From contig JAHLWH010000234.1 of NCBI GenBank assembly GCA_019058015.1, positions 1 through 32,646 of the forward strand: a stretch of DNA of 32,646 nt, in the 5' to 3' direction. The translations under genes and the position numbers were made by a program. Positions 9,508-17,920 of this stretch are shown piece by piece. Origin of the DNA: Promethearchaeota archaeon. Its GTDB lineage: Archaea; Asgardarchaeota; Lokiarchaeia; Sigyniarchaeales; SOKP01. The notes beneath the pieces were generated by a model. That model was not told where the DNA came from and made no database searches. It saw nothing but the letters and a program-made list of their open reading frames with translations. The first letter of the stretch is position 1. Each line of letters begins with the position of its first letter.

Positions 9508-10305
9508 ATGTCATCAGACGTTTTACTTTCAGTTAAGGATATTTCTATTCTCTCGGAAGATAGGCAGTGTAATATTGTTGATACAATATCATTTGATGTG
9601 ATGGAAGGAAGTATTCATTCGATAATTGGACCTAATGGAGCAGGAAAATCAACCTTAGGATATGCAATAATGGGAGTTTACCATCCATGCAGTGGTAAGA
9701 TTTTTTTTGAGGGGGAAGACATTACAGACTTGTCTATTACGGAGAGAGCAAAGAGGGGAATTACACTTGCTTGGCAGACTCCAACTAGGTTTGATGGTTT
9801 ATCGGTTTATGACTATATTGGTGTCAGTGTCAAAGATAAAAATTTAATTGAGCAAAGAGTGGGAGAAGCGTTAGAAATAGTTAGTTTAGATCCGGACATT
9901 TATCTTAAGCGAAAGGTAGATGCAAATTTGAGTGGAGGAGAGAGAAAGAGAATCGAATTAGCTGCAGTAATTGCGATGCGTCCTAAGCTTGTTATTTTAG
10001 ATGAAGCAGAGGCGGGAATGGATTTAATCGTTTTAGAGTCTTTTATGGACATTTTCAATAAAATTAAAAAGCTCGGAATGACCATCTTATTAATTACCCA
10101 CCGAGAAGATATTGGAATGGTTTCTGATAATTCAACACTGATTTGGGATGGAAAAGTCTTGGCAAATGGCCCTTTTCGGGATATTATGGTCTTATATTGC
10201 CAAAAAGCGGGATTAAAAAAGATTTGCAACAGAACATTGTTTAATCAGTTTGATGAATGTATAGATAAAATTATTGAAGAGGAAACACGGGAAAATAAAA
10301 TATGA
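9508..10305 (+). CDS. sufC: SufC-like ABC ATPase (SmsC of the minimal SUF-like system)
   Basis: GPNGAGKST, ERAKRGITLAWQ.P.RF.G, LSGGERKRIELA, ILDE, LITH; three C-terminal Cys; stop overlaps the sufB start (ATGA). Confidence 0.88.
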   Translation: MSSDVLLSVKDISILSEDRQCNIVDTISFDVMEGSIHSIIGPNGAGKSTLGYAIMGVYHPCSGKIFFEGEDITDLSITERAKRGITLAWQTPTRFDGLSVYDYIGVSVKDKNLIEQRVGEALEIVSLDPDIYLKRKVDANLSGGERKRIELAAVIAMRPKLVILDEAEAGMDLIVLESFMDIFNKIKKLGMTILLITHREDIGMVSDNSTLIWDGKVLANGPFRDIMVLYCQKAGLKKICNRTLFNQFDECIDKIIEEETRENKI

Positions 10306-11252
10306 GTGAAAGAAGTGATTCTAGTGAAATCTTAAATAGCTTAGAAAAATATAATCTTGATATTAGTGATTATCTTCCATCTCATAGTGGTCCAAAATTA
10401 GTTCTGAATTTTAATAAGATAACAACCGTTAGTGAAGTTGAGGGTATAATACTCAAAGGTCGAGAGATTGAGAATGGAATTATAGCTGACATTGTGATTA
10501 AAGAAGGAACTGTATTGGAAGATCCTATCCATTTATGTTTCGGAGTCAATAAAGAAACAGGGCTCCAAGAAATCTTTCCTAGAATCATCGCAGAAGATAA
10601 TAGCAGCGTGACTTTACAGGCTCACTGCTCTTTTCCAAATGCAAAAAACCTAACTCATAAAATGTTTGGACACATATACGTTGGTAAAAATTGCAAATTC
10701 GTTTATAATGAAACACACTATCATGGTGAGCATAATGGGACCACCGTAGCGCCAGTATCTTATGTTTATGTGGGAGAAAATAGTTATTTTGAGAATAATT
10801 TCTTTTTAACTCAGGGAACAATTGGTCGTATGAAGATTCAAATAGACATTTATGCTTTTAAGGATAGTATAATCAATTCAAATGTGAAAGCTTTTGGTAA
10901 AAATTCATTGGATTCAATTCGTGTAAGAGATGCAGTCTTTTTGGAGGGAGAAAATGCCAGAAGTATAATAAAAATGAAAGCTGCAGCCATTGGTGGAGGT
11001 GAAGTAATGATGTTCGGTATTACAGAGGGCAATGCAGCGAATACAACAGGTCATGTGGATTGCACTGAAATCGTAAAAGACCGAGGATCTAGATGCCGAG
11101 CAATCCCCCTTATTAGGGCTACTGATGAGAGTTGCCATATAACTCATGAAGCAAGTTTAGGTAAGGTAGATTCGGCACAGTTAAATGCATTAATGGCTCG
11201 TGGTTTGGATGAAGATGAAGCAACAGATTTAATTATAAAAAACATGCTTTAA
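10302..11252 (+). CDS. sufB: SufB/SufD-family Fe-S scaffold (SmsB)
   Basis: PIHLCFG, AHCSFPNA, YNETHYHG, GHVDCTEIV, ITHEASLGKVD..QL..LMARGLDEDEA. Confidence 0.9.
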   Translation: MSERSDSSEILNSLEKYNLDISDYLPSHSGPKLVLNFNKITTVSEVEGIILKGREIENGIIADIVIKEGTVLEDPIHLCFGVNKETGLQEIFPRIIAEDNSSVTLQAHCSFPNAKNLTHKMFGHIYVGKNCKFVYNETHYHGEHNGTTVAPVSYVYVGENSYFENNFFLTQGTIGRMKIQIDIYAFKDSIINSNVKAFGKNSLDSIRVRDAVFLEGENARSIIKMKAAAIGGGEVMMFGITEGNAANTTGHVDCTEIVKDRGSRCRAIPLIRATDESCHITHEASLGKVDSAQLNALMARGLDEDEATDLIIKNML

Positions 11253-11291
11253 TGAGGTGTCAAAATAGTAAAAGAAAATACAAAATATAAT

Positions 11292-11915
11292 ATGCATAGA
11301 TTTATAGGGAAACAAATTATAGATGAGATTCAGCCTTGGTTTGAATTTTCTACAAGTTTACCATGGGACGAAAGAAGTCCTCTGTGGGTATTTGATAATA
11401 AGGTAAGAAGGCAAATATTAGTTATATTATCTGAAAGTCCTTTAACCCTTGAAGAAATTATTGAACGAGTATTGTTTAAACCAGCGCCATTGATAATAAC
11501 AAAAGAAGAATATGAACCAAAAATAATATATCAATGGGATAAAAGAACGATTGAGAATCATTTATTTAATTTAGAATGGTATGGACTTGTCAGAAAGAAC
11601 GTTGATAAATATGAAATTAACTTTCCAATTCTTAATAAAGAGCAACTAGACGATGTTGAGAATTACGTTATTAAATTTGCAGAAAATTGGGTAAAAGTAA
11701 TTGAGGAATCCAAGGAAGAAATCTTAAGTAAATACCAAGGAATACATAAAAACACTCCAACAATGGATATAATTATTGAAAAAATTATTGAAAAATTATG
11801 GGGAACTCTTAAAAAGAAGGGATTAGTTTCCAATAAACCGAATCTCAAGCATCTATGGGGAGAACAGTTAAGAAAAACTAAATTCAATGAATGGGTCTTA
11901 AAAAATTTTAAATAA
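11292..11915 (+). CDS. Winged-helix (ArsR-like) domain protein
   Basis: NKVRRQILVILSESPLTLEEI...TIENHLFNLEWYGLVRK pattern with an insertion, followed by a helical C-domain. Confidence 0.55.
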   Translation: MHRFIGKQIIDEIQPWFEFSTSLPWDERSPLWVFDNKVRRQILVILSESPLTLEEIIERVLFKPAPLIITKEEYEPKIIYQWDKRTIENHLFNLEWYGLVRKNVDKYEINFPILNKEQLDDVENYVIKFAENWVKVIEESKEEILSKYQGIHKNTPTMDIIIEKIIEKLWGTLKKKGLVSNKPNLKHLWGEQLRKTKFNEWVLKNFK

Positions 11916-11971
11916 TTATAAATTTCTTATTTTATGCCTTCTATTTTTTTATTAAATAAGGTGAAATTTTA

Positions 11972-12355
11972 ATGAAAATATTACACCATGGTTTAACATT
12001 TCGATCAAAAGAAGAAAGCGATAAATTATTTATAGATTTTCTGGGTTTAGAAATAAAGCGTTCTTTTATGGGCGAAAAATGGCTAATGAAGGAATGTTTT
12101 GGGGTAGATCAAGACATTGAAATAATTCACTATGGAAATGAAGAAGTCTTATTAGAAGTATTCATAATTGATAATGTCTCAGTAAAAGAAGATAAAATTG
12201 TTCATATTTGCATAAAAGTCGATGATAGGGATTCCTTGGTTGATAAAGCAGCTGCTATGGGAATCGAATCAATAGTTATTCCAAGAAAAGATAGTGAGAA
12301 AGGTTATTATTTATTCATTCGGGATTCTTCAAATAATTTTTATGAGATCAAATAG
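11972..12355 (+). CDS. VOC/glyoxalase family protein
   Basis: LHHGLT, LLEVF, HICIKVDDRD, FIRDSSNNFYEIK. Confidence 0.85.
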   Translation: MKILHHGLTFRSKEESDKLFIDFLGLEIKRSFMGEKWLMKECFGVDQDIEIIHYGNEEVLLEVFIIDNVSVKEDKIVHICIKVDDRDSLVDKAAAMGIESIVIPRKDSEKGYYLFIRDSSNNFYEIK

Positions 12356-12416
12356 GTTTAAAATTGTTATTTGATTTTGAGAAATTATACTAAAATGAAT
12401 ATTATGGGGAAATTAT

Positions 12417-13010
12417 ATGCAATTGTATTTCATATCAGACAGAGGATTTTTAATAAAAATCAATAAATACGACTTTTTAGATGAGGACGTTTATGTAACT
12501 GATGATGGTAGCACTGTTTATATCTGGTATGGGCTAAGAGCTGCTAAAGAAAAAAAAGAAGCAGCTTTACGAACAGCTCGGCATATAGTTAGAGAAAAAG
12601 TAGGTTCTGCAAAAATTCTCTTAATGAATCAAAATGATGAATATGGTGCTTTTTTAGCCATGATGAACGATTTAAAAGGTGGTATATTAGAAGATGGAAC
12701 TTTTAAAACAAGACCTGAATTAGATTTAGAGGAGATCGTAGAAAAACCTGAATCCGATTTTGGTTTAGAATCTATGTTTAGAGTTGCAGCATATTATATC
12801 TCGTTAGAGAACTATAGTTATGATGAGCTTTGCTGGCTAATAGCCGAAAAACAACTCTTCATTATGAAGGGTAAAGCAAACACAACAGAAGATGAGATCA
12901 GGCAGAAAGCGGAGGAGATATATAAATCATCGACCACATACGATGAATTGGCGTGGTTACTTGGAGAATTGGATATTCTGGTTGATCAAGGCTATCTTAA
13001 AATCGATTAA
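12417..13010 (+). CDS. Gelsolin-domain protein with a C-terminal tandem helical repeat
   Basis: Residues ~1-85 match a gelsolin/villin repeat (FLDEDVYVTDDGSTVYIWYG..A...K..A...A...QNDE...F). The C-terminus has two copies of YDELxWLxxE. Confidence 0.78.
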   Translation: MQLYFISDRGFLIKINKYDFLDEDVYVTDDGSTVYIWYGLRAAKEKKEAALRTARHIVREKVGSAKILLMNQNDEYGAFLAMMNDLKGGILEDGTFKTRPELDLEEIVEKPESDFGLESMFRVAAYYISLENYSYDELCWLIAEKQLFIMKGKANTTEDEIRQKAEEIYKSSTTYDELAWLLGELDILVDQGYLKID

Positions 13011-13224
13011 AAAATTGAATAATCTTACTTTTCTACTTTTAAATATATTAATATTTTAGTTAGTTTAAGTAAGTAAAAATTAAAAAAATTAAAAATAAAC
13101 ATATTAATAATTCTTTTTTACTTTACCTGGCTTTATATTGTTCTTTGGTTATTTTTTGTTTATATATTAAAATAAGAAAAGGGAATGTATTGGTAATATT
13201 AAAAATAGTAAAAAATTTATTATC

Positions 13225-13599
13225 CTATTCCTTCTTTTGTTTGGCTCTATAATTTTCTATTGCCTTACGTAATCCATCAGAGGCTAAGTTAGAGCAGTGC
13301 ATTTTAATGGGGGGAAGACCATCTAATGAACCTGCAATATCATCTCTTGTTATTTTCATAGCCTCATCTATTGTCTTTCCTTTAGCTAACTCCGTTATCA
13401 TTGAAGAAGTAGCAATTGCTGCACCACACCCAAAAGTTTGGAAGGAAATGTCATCAATCCGATCATCCTTTATTTTAATATAAATATACATTAAATCTCC
13501 ACAGACTGGGTTTCCGACCTCTCCCACAGCATCTGCATCCTTCATTTCACCCATATTTCGGGGGTTTCTAAAATGATCCATTACTTTTTCTGAATACAT
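13225..13599 (-). CDS. iscU: Fe-S scaffold IscU/NifU-N (MisU)
   Basis: YSEKVMDHF.NPRN, GNPVCGD, FQTFGCGAAIA, LPPIKMHCSNLA. Confidence 0.95.
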   Translation of the reverse strand: MYSEKVMDHFRNPRNMGEMKDADAVGEVGNPVCGDLMYIYIKIKDDRIDDISFQTFGCGAAIATSSMITELAKGKTIDEAMKITRDDIAGSLDGLPPIKMHCSNLASDGLRKAIENYRAKQKKE

Positions 13600-13644
13600 T
13601 TCATTTATACCTTATTTTTAATCTTTAATTAATATTTTTATATT

Positions 13645-14883
13645 TTAATGGTGCTGGTCAGTTTCGTATGTTGGATCAAACATATATTTTTTCCCCTTTT
13701 TTAAGGGAGACATCTTTCTCAATTTTTCGATAATAGGAGGGAGTTTTTCTAAAAAATAGTCAATATCTGCTTCAGTTGTATATCTTCCCATAGTAATTCT
13801 TAATGAACCATGTGCATCTTCAGGTTTTTGACCGATGGCTAATAATACATGAGAAGGTTCTAAAGATTTTGAAGAACACGCCGAACCTGTGGAGGTGGCT
13901 ATACCTTCCACATCTAAACTTAAAATTATAGATTCTCCTTCAATATATCTAAACCCTAAATTAACATTGTTTGGTAGACGCTTAGTATAGTGCCCATTAA
14001 GATAAACATCTTCAATATTTTCAGTAATTTCCTTTATAATTTTATCTCTAAATTTTGTTAATTTTTCAGATTCTTCCTTCATATTCCGTTTGCATAATTC
14101 TACTGCTTTTGCAAACCCGGCAATACCCGGAACATTTTCTGTGCTTGACCTCAACCCCCTTTCATGCCCTCCGCCATGTAATAGCGGTTCGATATACTTA
14201 CCCCACCCTTTTCTTACACCGTGTCCCCTGATATATAATAATCCAACTCCTTTTGGTCCATATAGCTTATGCGCCGAAGCTGAAAGTAGATCTATATTCA
14301 TCTCTTCAACATCGATTGGAACTTTTCCAAGAGTTTGAACAGCGTCAGTATGAAATATAACATCGTGTTTTTTTGCGATTTCTCCAATTTCTTTTATTGG
14401 TTCGATTGTTCCTATTTCATTATTTGCAAACATTATGGATATCAAAATTGTTTTATTGGTGATAGTTTCTTCCAATTCTTTTAAATCAATCAATCCGTAT
14501 TCATCTACAGGCAAATAACTCACTTTGAACCCTTGTTTTTCCAGATATTGACAAGTATGTTGGACAGCATGATGTTCAATTGCGGAAGTAATAATGTGGT
14601 TGCCCCGTTCTTTACTCTTAAAAGCTACTCCCTTTATTGCTAAATTATCAGATTCAGTTCCAGAAGACATGAAAAAGATTTCATCCGTTTTAGCATTAAT
14701 AAATGAAGCCACAGTTTCTCTGGAGTTTTCTAATATTTGAGCTGCTTTTTGACCCATAGTATGAAAACTCGATGCATTTCCATATGTTTCTCTATAATGA
14801 TTCTCAATTTCTTTGATAACCTCAGGATCCATTGGAGTTGTAGCAGCATAGTCTAAATATACATATTTCATTTCTACATTCAC
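13645..14883 (-). CDS. iscS: Cysteine desulfurase IscS/NifS (MisS)
   Basis: YLDYAATTP, SGTESDN, HTDAVQ, SAHKLYGPKGVG, STGSACSS. Likely start is ATG at 14871. Confidence 0.95.
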   Translation of the reverse strand: MNVEMKYVYLDYAATTPMDPEVIKEIENHYRETYGNASSFHTMGQKAAQILENSRETVASFINAKTDEIFFMSSGTESDNLAIKGVAFKSKERGNHIITSAIEHHAVQHTCQYLEKQGFKVSYLPVDEYGLIDLKELEETITNKTILISIMFANNEIGTIEPIKEIGEIAKKHDVIFHTDAVQTLGKVPIDVEEMNIDLLSASAHKLYGPKGVGLLYIRGHGVRKGWGKYIEPLLHGGGHERGLRSSTENVPGIAGFAKAVELCKRNMKEESEKLTKFRDKIIKEITENIEDVYLNGHYTKRLPNNVNLGFRYIEGESIILSLDVEGIATSTGSACSSKSLEPSHVLLAIGQKPEDAHGSLRITMGRYTTEADIDYFLEKLPPIIEKLRKMSPLKKGKKYMFDPTYETDQHH

Positions 14884-15020
14884 TTATGATTTAATTCCTT
14901 CTCAACAATTTAATTATTTTTCTTATATTTTAAAAAATGCCTTACTATTTGTTAGAACACGAAAAAGCAAATTACGCATTTCTTTTTAGAATTTATTAAT
15001 TATCTTATGATATATAACAA

Positions 15021-15608
15021 TTATGTCGTCTTAAAAGAATTTTCAACTTTTTTCAATAAATTTTCTATAGTTCTTCTTTCTTTTATACTAAAATTAGATT
15101 CAAAATCACTTCTTATAGAGGTGCCATAATAAGTATTACCAAAAAAAGTATTACATTTCTTTATTGATTCTAATAATAACTTTTCATCTCCTACATGTAA
15201 ATATATTGAAATATCATTAATTATTAGAATATTTGTTGGTTTTTGGATATATCTTTCGAGAGCTTTTGAAGTTATAAGATAATTATGATTTGCATTTCTA
15301 TACAATTCCTCTTGATTTTTCGCATTTAGGCGGGGAGGAATAATTTCTCCTTGTAAATTAAGGTAATTACAGATTTTGCTTTTCTCATAAAAATCTTTTA
15401 TTCTACCTCCAATATTTTTTCCTTTAATCATTATTAATTGTGGTGCAAAATCCAAAATGCTAATTTCCTTAGGATTTATTTGTTTATCTTCTAAAAGAAA
15501 TCGTATGAAATTTGCCGTATAGAATGTCTTTTTAGTATCGATTTCGCCGTAGATTATAGTCATATGCCCGATTAAACTCTCGAAATTTATATTATTATAA
15601 AAACTCAT
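15021..15608 (-). CDS. Hypothetical protein with a degenerate P-loop NTPase signature
   Basis: TIIYGEIDTKKT (Walker A-like, G>K), ILDFAP, ILIINDISIYL (Walker B-like). Confidence 0.55.
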   Translation of the reverse strand: MSFYNNINFESLIGHMTIIYGEIDTKKTFYTANFIRFLLEDKQINPKEISILDFAPQLIMIKGKNIGGRIKDFYEKSKICNYLNLQGEIIPPRLNAKNQEELYRNANHNYLITSKALERYIQKPTNILIINDISIYLHVGDEKLLLESIKKCNTFFGNTYYGTSIRSDFESNFSIKERRTIENLLKKVENSFKTT

Positions 15609-15644
15609 TTTTCAATTGAAAAAAAATTTAAATTTGTCTTTAAA

Positions 15645-16226
15645 TTAAAAGAAATCCTTCCAAGTTATTCCAGCTTTCTTTAAGACTTTCAGCATTAAAA
15701 ATCCCAAAATAGCTCCAGGGATACAGCTTAACGCGAATAGACCCCACCAAAATAATATGCCTTCAAATGTTGGAACTCCGTAAAGAGGTAGAAGAAAATC
15801 TGAAATAGTGCCACCAATAAAGATTGTGCCTATTGGATCCGTTAAACTGGCGTAATCAACATATTTTGGTTTTTTTTTGCGTAACATATAAGAAACTGTT
15901 CCAGTTATAAGTGCTCCAGAGATACCCCCAGGAAATGCTAATATCGACCCAATTCCTAAACTAAAACGTAAAACTGCAATAGCTAAGGCAGTCGTGCATG
16001 CTAAACTTAACCCCACTAACACACCCATCATACCATTTATCATATGGGCATATGGGTTAATTTTTGAACCAAAAATTTCAAAGTAAGCAAAAACATTAAG
16101 GTAGCTAAGAATTAAACCAACTCCAACAAATACAGCAGAAGTTGCAATTCTCTTATTTTTGTTAGTTTTAAATAATTTTTTATCTTTTTGCTCATCAGGT
16201 AATTGATTAGAATTAATTTCTTCCAT
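15645..16226 (-). CDS. thiW: ECF transporter S-component ThiW (thiazole precursor uptake)
   Basis: KINPYAHMING..GVL.G, LR..LG.GS.LAFPGGI.GA, DPIGT.FIG. Confidence 0.82.
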   Translation of the reverse strand: MEEINSNQLPDEQKDKKLFKTNKNKRIATSAVFVGVGLILSYLNVFAYFEIFGSKINPYAHMINGMMGVLVGLSLACTTALAIAVLRFSLGIGSILAFPGGISGALITGTVSYMLRKKKPKYVDYASLTDPIGTIFIGGTISDFLLPLYGVPTFEGILFWWGLFALSCIPGAILGFLMLKVLKKAGITWKDFF

Positions 16227-16278
16227 ATCTCCATCTATTAATTCTATGTTTATATACAGTAAAAAACCACATTTTCAT

Positions 16279-17730
16279 TTATAATAGATAACCTTCTTTT
16301 ATATCTTCAATGTTTATTCCTAGCTCCTTTAGTTTCTCTCGTATATCATCAGGAATATCGAAAATCTTCTTTTTCCTTAATTTAACACGAGTCTCTGCAA
16401 TAATATTCAATAAAGCTTTTATTAATTTATCTTTCTCATCCATTGAGTCAATCCCATATTCTGATATTTTTTGCTCTAAATTAGGGAATATTCCAAATAT
16501 TTTATCAATTTTGGCAATAAATTCAAAAAATTTATCTTTAATTTCTTGTGTAATTTTCAAATTTTTTTCTAATATCTCTCTATTAAGCTCCCTTATTAAC
16601 GATAACAATTCTGCAATTGCGATAGGTGTGTTAAAATCATCATCCATCGCTTCGATAATATTTGATTCAGCATCATTAATTTTTAAAAGTAAATTATCAA
16701 CTTCAGAAGATCTTTCTTTTATTGGAGGAATTTGGTTAATTTTCTTTATTGTATTAAGTAATTTTTCGTAATTTTTTTCAATCTGCTTCATATTCTCTAA
16801 AGAATAATTTATGGATTTTCGGTAATGCGAAGAAATTAAAAAGAATCTAACTACCATAGGGTCAAATTTCTTTACAACTTCAGAAACTAGAAAGAAATTT
16901 CCCAAACTTTTTGACATTTTCTCATCATCGATATTTACAAAACCATTATGTAGAAAATAATTCGCAAATGGCTTACCTGTGAATGATTCAGATTGTGCAA
17001 TTTCATTCCTATGATGAGGAAATTTCAAATCTTGACCACCTCCATGAATATCAATTGTTTCCCCTAAATAATTGATTGCCATTGCTGAACATTCGATGTG
17101 CCAACCGGGCCGACCCTTACTCCACGGGCTTTCCCAATATGGTTCTCCTTCCTTCATTTTTTTCCATAAAGCAAAATCTCTTGGGTCTAATTTGTCTTCA
17201 CCATATGCAACATCTTGATCTTCTTCGATTTCTTGTTCAATTTCCTCTTCAATATCTACGTTTTGAAAAATTGTCTTGTATTTCGGAAATGAATTTACAG
17301 AAAAATATACAGAGCCATTTTTCTCATAAGCAACACCTTTTTCTATCAGACCTTGAATAAATTTTATCATAAAGTCGATAGTCTCCGTGGCTTTGGGATT
17401 TTTATAATCCTTCTCAATATTGAGAATATCCATAATTTCCATATATTCCATTATATATTGTTCACTGAGTGTGATTGTATCAATACCTTTCTCATTGGCC
17501 CTGTTAATTATCTTATCATCAATGTCAGTAACGTTTTTTACGAGTTTAACATTAAAACCCTTGAATTCAAGATACCTGCGAATGATATCAAATACTACTG
17601 CTGACTTTGCGTGTCCCAAATGAGGTGAGTCATAAACCGTTGGACCGCAGACATACATAAGAACCTCATTAGGACTTATTGATTTAAACTCTTCTTTTTG
17701 AAATGTTAAACTATTATATACTTGCAGCAT
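16279..17730 (-). CDS. cysS: Cysteinyl-tRNA synthetase (class I)
   Basis: MYVCGPTVY, HLGH, TDIDDKII, GRPGWHIECSAM, DIHGGG.DL.FPHH.NE, KMSKSLGN. Confidence 0.97.
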   Translation of the reverse strand: MLQVYNSLTFQKEEFKSISPNEVLMYVCGPTVYDSPHLGHAKSAVVFDIIRRYLEFKGFNVKLVKNVTDIDDKIINRANEKGIDTITLSEQYIMEYMEIMDILNIEKDYKNPKATETIDFMIKFIQGLIEKGVAYEKNGSVYFSVNSFPKYKTIFQNVDIEEEIEQEIEEDQDVAYGEDKLDPRDFALWKKMKEGEPYWESPWSKGRPGWHIECSAMAINYLGETIDIHGGGQDLKFPHHRNEIAQSESFTGKPFANYFLHNGFVNIDDEKMSKSLGNFFLVSEVVKKFDPMVVRFFLISSHYRKSINYSLENMKQIEKNYEKLLNTIKKINQIPPIKERSSEVDNLLLKINDAESNIIEAMDDDFNTPIAIAELLSLIRELNREILEKNLKITQEIKDKFFEFIAKIDKIFGIFPNLEQKISEYGIDSMDEKDKLIKALLNIIAETRVKLRKKKIFDIPDDIREKLKELGINIEDIKEGYLL

Positions 17731-17776
17731 ACCTTGATTATTTTAATTTATTTTATAAATGTTTTTAAACAAAATA

Positions 17777-17849
17777 AGCCAGTGGAGGGAATCGAACCCT
17801 CGAATAACCGCTCTGCAGGCGGTCTCCTTAGCCACTCGGATACACTGGC
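17777..17849 (-). tRNA. tRNA-Cys(GCA), intronless, CCA not encoded
   Basis: Minus strand reads GCCAGTG TA TCCGAGTGGCTAAGGA G ACCGC CTGCAGA GCGGT TATTC GAGGG TTCGATT CCCTC CACTGGC T: perfect 7-bp acceptor stem, GCA anticodon, TTCGA T-loop and U73 discriminator. Confidence 0.97.
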
Positions 17850-17920
17850 TTTAATAACTGGCGATTTATAAAAAAATGTGTTTTATAACAAATAAATCTT
17901 ATCTTAATATTCTTATAAAA

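Noticed and set aside
13078-13175. Hydrophobic open frame KLKKLKINILIILFYFTWLYIVLWLFFVYILK*
   Set aside because: No NTG start or SD; expected by chance in a T-rich convergent terminator region
17844-17862. ACTGGC repeated at the tRNA 5' end and 13 nt upstream (possible att site)
   Set aside because: Only 6 bp, at the wrong end for typical integration, and no integrase or tRNA 3' duplicate was seen
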